A DNA stretch of 64,000 nucleotides. Origin: Octopus sinensis. Taxonomy: Eukaryota. The stretch covers positions 111,910,001 through 111,974,000 of the forward strand of contig NC_043000.1 of NCBI RefSeq assembly GCF_006345805.1, in the 5' to 3' direction. Below, one piece after another: positions 24,468 to 37,028 of this stretch. The notes below the pieces were generated by a model. It saw only the letters and a list, made by a program, of their open reading frames with translations, searched no databases and was not told the DNA's origin. Every line of letters starts with the position of its first letter. The stretch's first letter is position 1. The translations under genes were made by a program, and so were the position numbers.

Positions 24468-27400
24468 TTGCTTAAAAGCAGGAAAAACAAACAATACCCA
24501 ACATGATATTATTGAATTCTACACATTAAATCCTTGCTGCAAAGAACATTAGATTTTGACAACAATTACTTATCAAAATAATTATGCAGATAAAATCATT
24601 ATTTGCTTTTGATAATATTTTATGATTAAAAAAAAGTAATGTTAGTTTGTACATAGCAAGAGTTTGGCTAAACTCTGCAGAAATTTACACCCGGTCATTA
24701 GTCTATGTATTTTATATTTGTTAAATAATAAATTGAATAAGTCTTTATTAATGATATTAATTTAGGCTGCTTTAGCGAAATTAGTAGCATATTTTTCTGA
24801 GTAACATAAGATGCAAGGTTTATGTCCTGCAGGCAGCTTTCCAACTTTATTCCGTTCAATGCATTGTAAGTTATTTGTTGCCAAATTCACTTTTCAGATA
24901 CATCATTAATAAAAACTTATTTACATATTTCTCAATACTTCTACATTTGTATTCTAAGTGTAAATAAGTTGGATAATTTAAAATATGGCCTAGCCATCAC
25001 ACAAAATATAAATCCTCAACAAGCAGGCAGATTCAGAAAAGGTCGCTACAAAATTTACACCTAAAAATTACAGTTGAAACAAATTTTTAAATCATTTTTT
25101 AGATATAATCTTAAATCTAAAAGAAATAAATACTCACCTATTAAGAAATCAAATCAAAGTTACAAAATACAAATAGTGCCTCAAATCACCCACGTGTCAT
25201 AATTAGAATTTAGTGAAAAATGTTAGTATATGGTTATCCAGTATTCCATCCAATAGATCTTCCTTCATTAGAGTAGCTCCTTATTATAAGGAAGTGTTAA
25301 AATTAAGTGTTAATATGAAGTGAGTTTCAAAGTAAAATTACTTATATAGATGATATTAATTTTCAGATACATAAAAACAAAAACATGAAATATGGTTTAA
25401 TTTTCGGAAACATTTTTTCACGCTCAGGGTTGCTGAAGCGTGGAATAAACTGCCTGCATCAGTTGTTGACTGCCATGACACTGCATCCTTTAAGGCCCTC
25501 ATGCTTCCCGAAATCCGTCGAAACTACACCTGATTATATATACACTTTAGATGAGTTGTAGTGCACCTGAGCACTGTACACAATTATTATTATTATTATT
25601 CAGCCTCAGTGTAAGCACAAGTATTGCTAAACATTTTCTTTTAGTTATTAGATAAACACTTTCAGAAGAATCATAAATATCACAAAATTTTTGATAGAAA
25701 TAAAGTTACATTTAATTTCAGCTGTAAACTACTTAGTAACAGAAATAACATACATCAACCTTCTATATCTAATAACTTCGATTCTCTGCAACATGTTGTG
25801 CTCCTGAGCAAGACATTTTATTCCATATTGCTCCTGTCCACTCAGCTGGCAAAAATGAAAAGTACCAGTATTTCAAAGAGCCAACCATGTCACATTCTGT
25901 GACATACTGAATCTCCTTGAGATTTTTATGTTACATGTCATTATTTTAATCTCGTTAATTATCAAAAAGACAATTCAGAATTTAAAGATTGTATGTTGCA
26001 TTGACTGAAAATAAATTCAAAGGATCAATTAATCAGTGTTTCACATTTACTATTTCAAAAATCCAGGAAGATTTCTAGACTATCAAAATATATCACTTCT
26101 GAAAAATAACAAGTTTAACTGATAAAGCGCTGGGATTTGAACTTACATAGCATGGAGTGCTGAGGACATTTTATGAAAATGAGACTACCAAGCAAACATA
26201 AAAAACAAAAAATAGTTAAAATACGAGGGTGAGTCAAAAAGTAATGCCATTTTGTTTAGGACAAGTATAATTATCAACACAGGAACATGTATCATACATC
26301 AAAATGAAGCTGGTCCTCTGTGGATCACATCCCTACTTCTCAACATAGTCACCATTTCTCTCAATAGCAATGTTCCCCCTTCAAATGAGAGCATGTATCC
26401 CTGCCCTGTAAAATTCTGTTGACTGTTCTTTGAGTTACTTCTTCACTACAGTTTTCACTTCCTCGTCACTGGAATAATGTTTGCTTCTCAAACCCTCTTT
26501 CATGGGGCTGAAGAGATGATAGTCCAGTGATGAGGAAGTGGAAACTGTAGTGAAGAAGTGGCTCAAAGAACAGTCAACAGAATTTCTCTCGATAGCAATG
26601 TTCCACCTTCGAATGAGAGCATGTATCCCTGCCCTGTAAAATTCAGGGCAGGGATACATGCTCTTATTCGAAGGTGGAACATTGCTATCGAGAGAAACGG
26701 TGACTATTTTGAGAAGTAGGGATTTGATCCACAGAGGACCAGCTTCATTTTGATGTATGATACATGTTTCTCTGTTGGTAATTATACCTGTCCTAAACAA
26801 AATGGTGTTACTTTTTGACTCACCTTCGTATCTTCTTAGTATATAATGGTGGCAATTTTTACATCATCTGAAAATGGTTTTCTAGGGATTTTACGATTCC
26901 AATATTTGTGACGGACAGACGTAAAATCGAGTAAAATGACTTCACTTGATTTTTATTTTTCCATAAATTATTTTTCAAAACCATCATATAATCAAGAACA
27001 ACTTAAGCTGAGGTATGCCTGTATAAATGAAGGGGTGCCAAAATATTCCTGGCTTTAAATGTACTGCGAAAGACCTGGTTGAAGGCTAAACCTTCTGAGT
27101 TCTTTTACAAGGCTTAGAAAAATTGTAGGACTGCTGCAATAAGTGTGTGAATCTGAGAAGGGAATATGTTGAATAAAAACATAATTAACTGATCCTCCTG
27201 TATTTTCTTTTACGTAAAGCTAGGAATTTTCAACACCCCACCACCCCCTCGTACATATATAAAACAAAAAAAAATTGTAGCTTAAAGTTCCTCGTTAAAT
27301 AAAAAGAGAAAATACAAAAATTCACAGAAATTATTATGTGATAAGTATTATTTTTGAAATTTTTATCAGATAATTAACATTATTATAAAATACAAAGGAA

Positions 27401-30400
27401 CTTTACTGACATTTAATTATGATAAAATTATTATATTATGTATTAGTTGGAGTGATGTCCTCAAAAGAAAAAGTTTTACTTTGGGTGTCTTGTGATTCCC
27501 CTTGTAACCTGCTTGGGGTTGAACTCAGAACCTCAAAGTGCTTGTACTACATTAACTAGCACCTTTATCCACTACGCTATGCCTGTAGGCAGTGTCAGAG
27601 TGAATTTTTGAGGCTCATAAACCTCTATTGATGTCTAGTGTCAGCTCCAAACTGATGGGGCTTTAAAAACCTTAAAAACTCACTTTGATGCTACCTGTGA
27701 GCATAGCGTATTGGATAAAGGTGCTGAAATGCAGCACAGTCAACCAGAGTTCTGAGTTCAAATTCAAGCAAGGCATTAGATAAACCTTAAAAACTCAGTT
27801 TGACGCTGCCTGTGAGCATAGCGTATTGGATAAAGGTGCTGAAATGCAGTGCAGTCACCCAGAGTTCTGAGTTCAAATCCAAGCAAGGCTCTAGCAACTT
27901 GAAGTAAAGGAGTTTTAATAATTATTTTTTTTCATTTTAACCTATTCTCAATCATCTGTAAAAATTTAAAAGTAATATTCAAAAATTTAAGAACTCTGGT
28001 ACTTAAAGGGTTAACATTACAAGACACCTGGAGAAGGCTTAAACGTACACAGCTGAAATGTAGCCAAAGCAAAAATCAAGATGAGGACAGCATTCCAACT
28101 TATTACATAACACATACGTTCCTCATTTCAGAAATACAAAATGATAAACTTATTATTTTTATTATTATATAATTTTATTATTATTATAATAAAATTATTA
28201 TTTTTCTTTGATAGAGGAATCATTTTTTTTTAAAGTGGTGAGGCTTTGGTCAGCTAGGAAGAAACCAACCTTCATCATCATCATCGTTTAACATCCGTTC
28301 TCCATGCTAGCATGGGTTGGACGGTTCGACCGTGGATCTGGGAAGCCAGAAGGCTGCACCAGGCTCCAGTCTGATCTGGCAGTATTTCTACAGCTGGATG
28401 CTCTTCCTAACGCCAACCACTCCGTGAGTGTAGTGGGTGCTTTTTACGTGCCAGGTGAGGCTGGCAACGGCCACGATCGGATTGGTGCATCTTATGTGCC
28501 ACCGGCATGGAAGCCAGTCAAGGCGGCGCTGGCATCGGCCACGATTCGGATGGTGCTTTTTACGTGCCACCAGCACAGGGATCACAACTGCAGTTTCCAT
28601 TAATTTTGATGTTGGTGTACTTGACTCAATGGATCTCCTCAAGCACAGGGTCGAAATGGTGCTTCTTCACTTGCTACCTGCACAGGAGTCAGTCCAGCAG
28701 TCCTGGCAACGGCCGGGTGCCAGTGATAGGATTTGGTTCAATTTCGATTCCGATTTCACTTGCCCCAACAGGTCTTTGCAAGCAGAGTTTAGTGTCCAAT
28801 GAAGGGAGGTTGGCATGGGTGCCTGTCGACGGATGAGGTTCGATTTCGACTTCGCTTGCCTCAACAGGTCTTTGTGTGTCCAAGGGAGGAAAGGCATGCA
28901 TAAGTGGGCTGGACTCACTTGTCCTGCCGGGTCGTCTGCCATAGAATTATTCCACCACATAACCAGGCCCCATCTCTCACCAACAACCAAAGCTGATTAC
29001 AGTCAGAAATAGAATTACAATGAGATTTATTTCTTTCCTATTGCTAACCCAATGGTGTTGTGGTGTCCTTCATTCGTCAGATCACTTTCCTTTTCATTTG
29101 TCTTTCTTGGTCAAGAGAAGAACAGAGCAAGCCATTAATTACTTTTTATTTTGTTTTTAACCCTTTAGCATTCAGATTAATCAGCCAAATGTAATTAGCT
29201 TATTTAATCAGATTACTTTTAATTAATTTTGCATTATGTTGTAGCTCCAAGATTTTCATGATGTGATTGTTTATTTTAAGAATGACATTGCAGGGCAGGT
29301 GTGAGAGACCAGATCTAGCCAGTTTGAACATGAAACTGGTTAGAATATTTTGGCCAGATTTGGCTGGTTTAAATGCTAAAGAGTTAATAATATTCGATGA
29401 AGGAATAGGATGAAAATTAAACCATCATCATAAATTTTGGCTAAAATTAAATATCCTATAATATATACATACAAATATATATATAAAGCACACGTTAAGT
29501 GTCAACATTTCGAACAGTACTCAATACTATGTTAAACATTGCTAATTTTTGCCTGTGGGTACACACAGCTTTCAGGCAAATTTTATAAATTAATTTGTGT
29601 GGGTGTGTTAATATTTGTTTTTATGTTCAGTTATAATAAAAACAGTTTCCCCCATCAAGTCCCATTGTCCTATAAATAGGACACCGACTATTTCCATTTC
29701 AACTTGAAGTAAAGGAGTTTTAATAATTAATTTTTTTCATTTTAACCTATTCTCAATCATCTGTAAAAATTTAAAAGTAATATTCAAAAATTTAAGAACT
29801 CTGGTACTTAAAGGGTTAACATTAAACTGATGGGTTACTCCGTAGTTCTGTAGAGTACAAATTTATTATCCTTAAACAAGAATGTTGTTGACAATAACTT
29901 TGAAGTTTCAGCCAGTCAAGCAATCACCAGACTTGACGTGTGTGTGTGTGTGTGAAAGCATGTCTACAGTTGGGGTAACAAATCTTTTAGATACATGAAG
30001 GAGATCCCCTTCGGTCATGAATGACCATGGGATTGCACCTAGAAAGTTTCCTTCCAAGGCACAAGTCCAGGCAAGGTTGTTTGTGGAAGACCAGCAGTTT
30101 CCCAATGCATACCAGTCTCCCCTCTCCATGCCACCAATGTTATCCAAGGGATGTCGCAACTCATTTCTATAGCTGAGTGAACTGGAGCAACATGAAATAA
30201 AGTGTCTTGCCCAAGAACACAATATGCAGCCCGGTCCGGGAATCGGACTCACAACCTCACAATCGTAAGCTCGATTCTCTAACCACTGAGCCATGCGCCT
30301 TCACTTTTAGATACATAAATACATAAAATATAGAAAATTCAATTTTAACTGAATTTTTGTTTACACTAATGAGAAAAAAACAAAGAAAACAAATGGTTTT

Positions 30401-33400
30401 CTTTATTTAGAGGAAACTGCTATTCCTCTAAAAACTACAATGGACAGAACAAATGAACGATACAATAACAGATTAGCTTTCTATTCTCATGGGTCACAAC
30501 AGTGCTACAGAAAGTGGTGCTTAGCGGATCAGTGATGGTCCGTGAGCCATCAACTGCCGGTTCGCGGCCAGTTTCCAGGAAAGAAAGAATCATTATAAAA
30601 TGCTTACGTAATATTGTATTATTTGTTTACAAAATAAATATAAGATAAAAAAAAATTGTCAACTTTTATTATATTCATTATATATATTGTTTCTGGTATA
30701 AATTAATTTTACTAAGAAATATTACCGGTCTCTGGCACATACGAAAAAAAAAAAACTGCCCATACGCCACATCAGATAGTTTGAGAAGCACTGCGTTACA
30801 GGACACCAGTGAAGTTATCAACATCAACTGCAGTTATGCTTGATGTGGCAACAAATTTATGACACCCTCAACACAGACAGAATTATACCTGGTTCTAACT
30901 CTGCTTAAGTCAATCTTGCAACCTCTATTGCTGATCAATTCTTAGTTTAAACTCTGAGTACCACCCGTCTCCATGGTTATTCCTCATTCCATCATTCCCC
31001 AGATTAAATAGACTCTTCGTTGTATGAACCCTGCTACTACCTTCATCTTTTGATCCACCATGCCTCAGATTAATTAAATTCTTCTTAATCCCACCACATC
31101 CATAATCATCACTCCGTACATTAATCTCTTCTTAATCTAACTCCCATCTGCAGTCATTTCTCATTCCCTCCCTCCCTAACATCTCCTCCACCTCACAGTT
31201 TCCTTTGGTTAATTTCTAATGTTAATCCCACTTAAACATATCAAGTTCACTTTAGCAAAGGGCAATAAATACAGAAGGGATTTAATTACCTGGCCCACAT
31301 CAAATAGTAGGGCACCATACTTAACAGCATACAGAAGTAATAGGTGTAACGGATGATCTCGGTAATAACCCAGGCAACCAGGAACATCACGACACCAACA
31401 TTTTCTTGGGCCTGTCAAACAATAAGAACATATCGTCATTAACAACAACAACAATCACCACAGCATTACAACAATCATAACAACATAACAGTCCAATCAC
31501 CACAACAACATAACAACAATAGCCACAGCAATAGAACAACAATAAATGCACACAAATCACCTCCAGATTGAAACCGATCAGCTTCAAATCAATACTAATC
31601 ACCTCCAGACACGCTTCCTCCGTATCAAGATATACTACTAACAACCTGCAGATGTGCACTAACATCCCCCAGTGATGCATGTCAGATGCCTTCAAATGCA
31701 CCACCAACTGCAGCCCTCATCCACACCATCCATCCCCCAATGTGTGCCATCATCTTGGCTGTTGTCTCTTATTCTGGTAACACACTAATTCATTGATTCT
31801 GAACCACATTTTTACCTATGGACCCCTATGACTCTTAGTTTACTCAGGTGGACATGCACCCCCCACCCCACACACACACTATAGCCATTTGATGCTTTAA
31901 AAAAGCTTTTTATATTCTTATGATGAAATATAATTAGGAATTGTCATCATCATCGTTTAACGTCCATTTTCCATGCTGGCATGGGTTGGATGATTCGACT
32001 GGGGTCTGGAAAGTCAGAAGGTTGAACCAGACACCAGTCTGATCTAGCAAGGTTTCTGCAGCTGGATGCCCTTCTTAATGCCAACCACTCCGAGAGTGTA
32101 GTGGGTGCTTTTTACATGCCACCGGCACGAGGGCCAGTCAGGAGGTACTGGTATCAACCATGCTTGAATGGTGCTTTTTACCTGCCACTGGTACAGGAGC
32201 CAGTCAGGTGGTACTGGTATCAACCATGCTCGAATGGTGCTTTTTACCTGCCACCGGTACAGGAGCCAGTCAGGCAGCTCTGGCAATGACTACACTCGAA
32301 TGGTGCTTTTTATGTGCAAGCAGCAAAAAATTATTAAAAGATTTTGTGTATTATAGAACTAATTTATTGCTCATAAACTGAAACAATGGTAGAATCATTA
32401 CTGCACCCGAGAAAATGCTTCACTGCATTTCTTCCAACTGTATGTTCTGAGTTCAAATTCCACCAGGGTTGACTTTGTCTTTCATCCTTTCAAGGTCAAT
32501 AAGTACAAGTTACATACTGGAGCTGATGTAAGTGGTTTCTCCCCTCCCTTGAAATTGCTAGCCTTGTGCCAAAATTTGAAACCATTATTAGTTCATTTAT
32601 GCCAGAGAAGAATTAGAAGAGCCATACCTCTGGGACATGTTGCATTATGCCCCACACAACAAAGAGACGAGAGAAGACCTGGAAAAACGTCATCCTTAAG
32701 TTGGATTTTACAATTCCAATTGCCACATGCAAAACCTGAGGGGAGAGAAAAAGAGGAAAAATAAATACAAAAGTAAGCATGAGAATTGAATTATAAAAAC
32801 TATCAAACAAATATTTTGTGCAAAAATAGTTGCAATAATGTGATGCATGTCAAATGCCTTCAAATGTACCACCAACTGCAGCCAGTACAAATATTTTTGT
32901 TGCTTTTGTAAAATCTCAGAAAATAATTAAAAATTCACATTTTTTGTCAAATTATTTTGTTATATTTGTCTATCTATCCAACTGTAAACATTATAAATAT
33001 TTCACTAATTTTTTGTTATAACTTGACAAAAGGGTACATATTTTGCCAAAAATTGCTAAATTTGTTCTGACAGTCTTCTTTATCCACAACCAGAATCGGT
33101 TCCACTTGACGGTCATCTAGTTGTAATTTTAGGTTTATGAAGATTGAGAAGCCAGCAGTGGAATGTTAGTACAGACATGTATAAATATGTGTATATATGT
33201 CATCATCATTTAACATCCATTTTTTTTTTTATGCTGGCATGGGTTGGACAGTTTGACAGGATCTAGCAGGCTGCAGGGTTGCACCAAGCTCTTATCTCAG
33301 CTTTGGCATGGTTGCCACAGCTGGATGCCCTTCCTAACACCAACCACTTTACAATGTGTACTGGGTGTTTTTCTCAGGCCACCTGCACCAGTGATGACAT

Positions 33401-34303
33401 CAAGTAATTTGCAAGACAGATGAGGGGCTAAAATATGATAGACAGATAAGCACAGGTGTCTTACTATAGAGGATACCCCATATTTTATAAAGGGGACTGA
33501 GTGTAACTGAAAACAGATATACAAATTTCATAGTTTCATGATATGTAATAGCTTACCTCAAGGACAGCTCCTGTTTGAAAGATCTTTACCATTGGGCCCA
33601 AAGATGTGTACAGTCCCTTAGTGGATGAAATTCCAGCTATATGTCCAATCATCATAAAAAGTATTGATGACCACCTGAAATTTGATATTAGAATTGATAA
33701 ATAAAAATCATTTATAGAAATTTATAAAAACATACAGTAATTTCAAAAGATATATTCTGTTCGCTTTTGTGTAAGTCACACTGTCTTATATTTGATTTTA
33801 ACAATAAAAAAAAAAACTGATGTGTGGATTATACTTGGGGAAAAGCTAAAATTATGAAGGGAAAAAATTTTGCACCAAGATTAACACTAAATTAAGGGTG
33901 TGACTTATACACGAGTAAATATGGTAATTTAAAAAACAAAAAAAAAAAACATTGAGGGTAACTGACTCAGCTACAACTTTGAGCCAGAGTACCCCATTTG
34001 TATCCCTGCCATCCAGAAATATCCATTACAAATGATCCTGTAGGGTGACTAAGAAGGGGTCCACATCCTACTGAAATCACAGAAATATCTGTCAACAGAA
34101 TATGGATATAGTTTTCCCCAACAATCTATCTTTCATGTGTTGTCTCCTCTCATTCTTTCACAAACCAATACAATGCACTGAGGTCAATGCAATCAACTTC
34201 ATCCCTTTGTCCTTGTTTGTCACCTCTAAGTTTAGCCCTCTGTGGGCAATAAAGAAATATATATATATATATATTATATATATATATATAAATAAATAAA
34301 TAA

Positions 34304-34379
<76 letters not shown>

Positions 34380-36960
34380 TTGGAACTCAGCATTATTGGA
34401 TGTTCCAAATGCATTTGGATGTCTAAGTGGAAGGGATCATCAGGGGAACGCTTTATTGCATTCTTCTACTTAATATCTGAAGTCAGACACATGGTGAAGT
34501 AATTTAGAAGTTGACAACAAGGCAGATCCATTGTATTATTAAACTCTCTTTAGCTCTGCTCTTTAATTAATCAGCTTAAACTGAATTTACTAGTCTGCAT
34601 GCTTTCTCTTGGCTTTCCTTCTCAATAAGCTTTCTTCTCTTTTCCATTCTTTGTACTGGCCCCCCCACACACACACACTCATGATGGCCTTCCACACAGT
34701 TTCCATCTACCAAATCCACTCATAAGACATGGGTTGGCCCAAGGCTATAGAAGACATTTGCTCAAGGTGCTCCATGGTGGGACTGAACCTAAAACTGCAT
34801 GATTGCAAAGCAAACTTCTTAACCTCACAGCCACACCTGCACCTACACACACACAGAAAAAAGCCCAAATAATTTACTTCTAAATTACTTCACCATGTGT
34901 CTGACTTCAGATATTAAGTAGAAGAATGCAATAAAGCGTTCCCCTGATGATCCCTTCCACTTAGACATCCAAATGCATTTGGAACATCCAATAATGCTGA
35001 GTTCCAAACACATATATATACATATATATATATTTCTTTATTGCCCACAGAGGGCTAAACTTAGAGGTGACAAACAAGGACAAAGGGATGAAGTTGATTG
35101 CATCGACCTCAGTGCATAACTGGTATATATTTAATCTATCCCAAAAGGATGAAGGGCAAAGTCGACCTTGGCGGAATTTGAACTCAGAACATAACACCAG
35201 ACGAAATATCACTAAGCATTTTGCCCAGCATGCTAACAATTCTGCCAGCTCACCCCACTATATATATATATATATACGACAGGCTTCTTTCAGTTTCCAC
35301 TTACCAAATCCACTGGCCCGAGGTTATAGTAGAAGACACTTGCCCAAGGTGCCATGCAATGGGCTGAACCCTGAACCATATGGTTGGGAGGCAAGCTTCT
35401 TACAAACAGCCATGCATAATATTTATATGCATGGCTGGAGTTTACCTTAATTTCTGCAATATATATACATACAAGAGAGAGAAGTACTGATGTCAATCAT
35501 GTATTTTATTAAATCCAAGTGTTAAAACAGATTAAGAGATTAAAATATTTTAGAATCTTTCCTTCAATCAATTTTGTAATCATAACATCTGAAATGGAAC
35601 CCTAACACACCAACAAGAAAGTTTCTACCAAATCATTGAACCCACTAGAAATAGCAGCCAAATCTCCCTCAAAATCACATCTAGCATCATTAACAATAGA
35701 AGCACACATTAGGTTATGTAGTCCTAGATACACAAGGCCCAAATAGATGGGATGATCATGGTTGCATCAATCAACTTTGATCACAGTTAACCTGAAGCTA
35801 AACAACAAATTTGTCTACCTCAACATTGAGGGAGCCTCTCTATGCTAGACATAGCAGCCAAATCTTCCTCAAATAATACCGTATTGCTTTAAAAAGCAGA
35901 AAGATACATTGGAAAATGCTATTTTGGATTTACTGGAGATAGGCTGTGCTTGAGAAGCCAAGAGAGACCATAACTGTGGCCTATGCCAATGCAGCATAAC
36001 CAACCCATTTAAGAGTACCCTTCAATCATTGGGCAATAAACTACGCTTGTGAAGACCTGTTGAGGCAAGTGAAGTCGTTGTTTTGGCCGATGACAGTACT
36101 GCCTGATTGGCACATAAAAGCACCATTCGAGCATGGTCAGTACCATGCCGGCTGACTAGTCCCATGCTGATGGCGCCTAAAAAGCACCATTCGAGCGTAA
36201 TCGTTGCCAGTACCAGCTGACTGGCTCCCATGCTGGTGGGACATAAAAAGCACCATTCAAGCCTGGCCAATGCCAGTACTGCCTGATTGGCTCACATGCT
36301 GGTGGCATGCAAAATGCACCCACTACACTCTTGGAGTGGTTGGTGTTAGGAAGTAACAGAGTGATTCAACCAGTTGTAGAAACATTGCTGGATCAGATTG
36401 GAGCCTGATGCAGCCTTCTGGCGTGCCAGCCCTCAGTCAAACCATCCAACCCATGCCGGCATGGAAAACGGACATTAAAACGACGACGATGGTGATGATG
36501 AAAAAAGAGATGGGGCAATCATGGAGCATCTTTGGTTTAAAGGGTCAGTTTTGATCAGGGCCGACTTGGAGACTAAACAACATTAACAAGAACCTCTTCA
36601 TACAAAAGAATCATTGTATGCAAAGCCAAGATTTGAACCAACAGCATAGGCGGCTATATTAGCGCAGCAGCAACAATGGTAGTGGTGGTGGTGGTGGTGA
36701 TGGTGGTAAGGCAGCAAGCTGGCAAAATCATTAGTAGTAGTAGTAGCAACAACAACAACCATTGACAGTATTATCAATGCTGAATGATTGCACATTGACC
36801 ACAGTTTAAGCTTTAATCTCTGAAGCTAAAGCACATTCACTAATCTTTCAGACAGAAGGATAAACATAGGACCCAATTAATTCAGTTTAAGCAGCTTAAT
36901 TAAAGAGCAGAGCTAAAGAAAGTTTAATAATACAATGGATCTGCCCTGTTGTCAACTATC

Positions 36961-37028
<68 letters not shown>

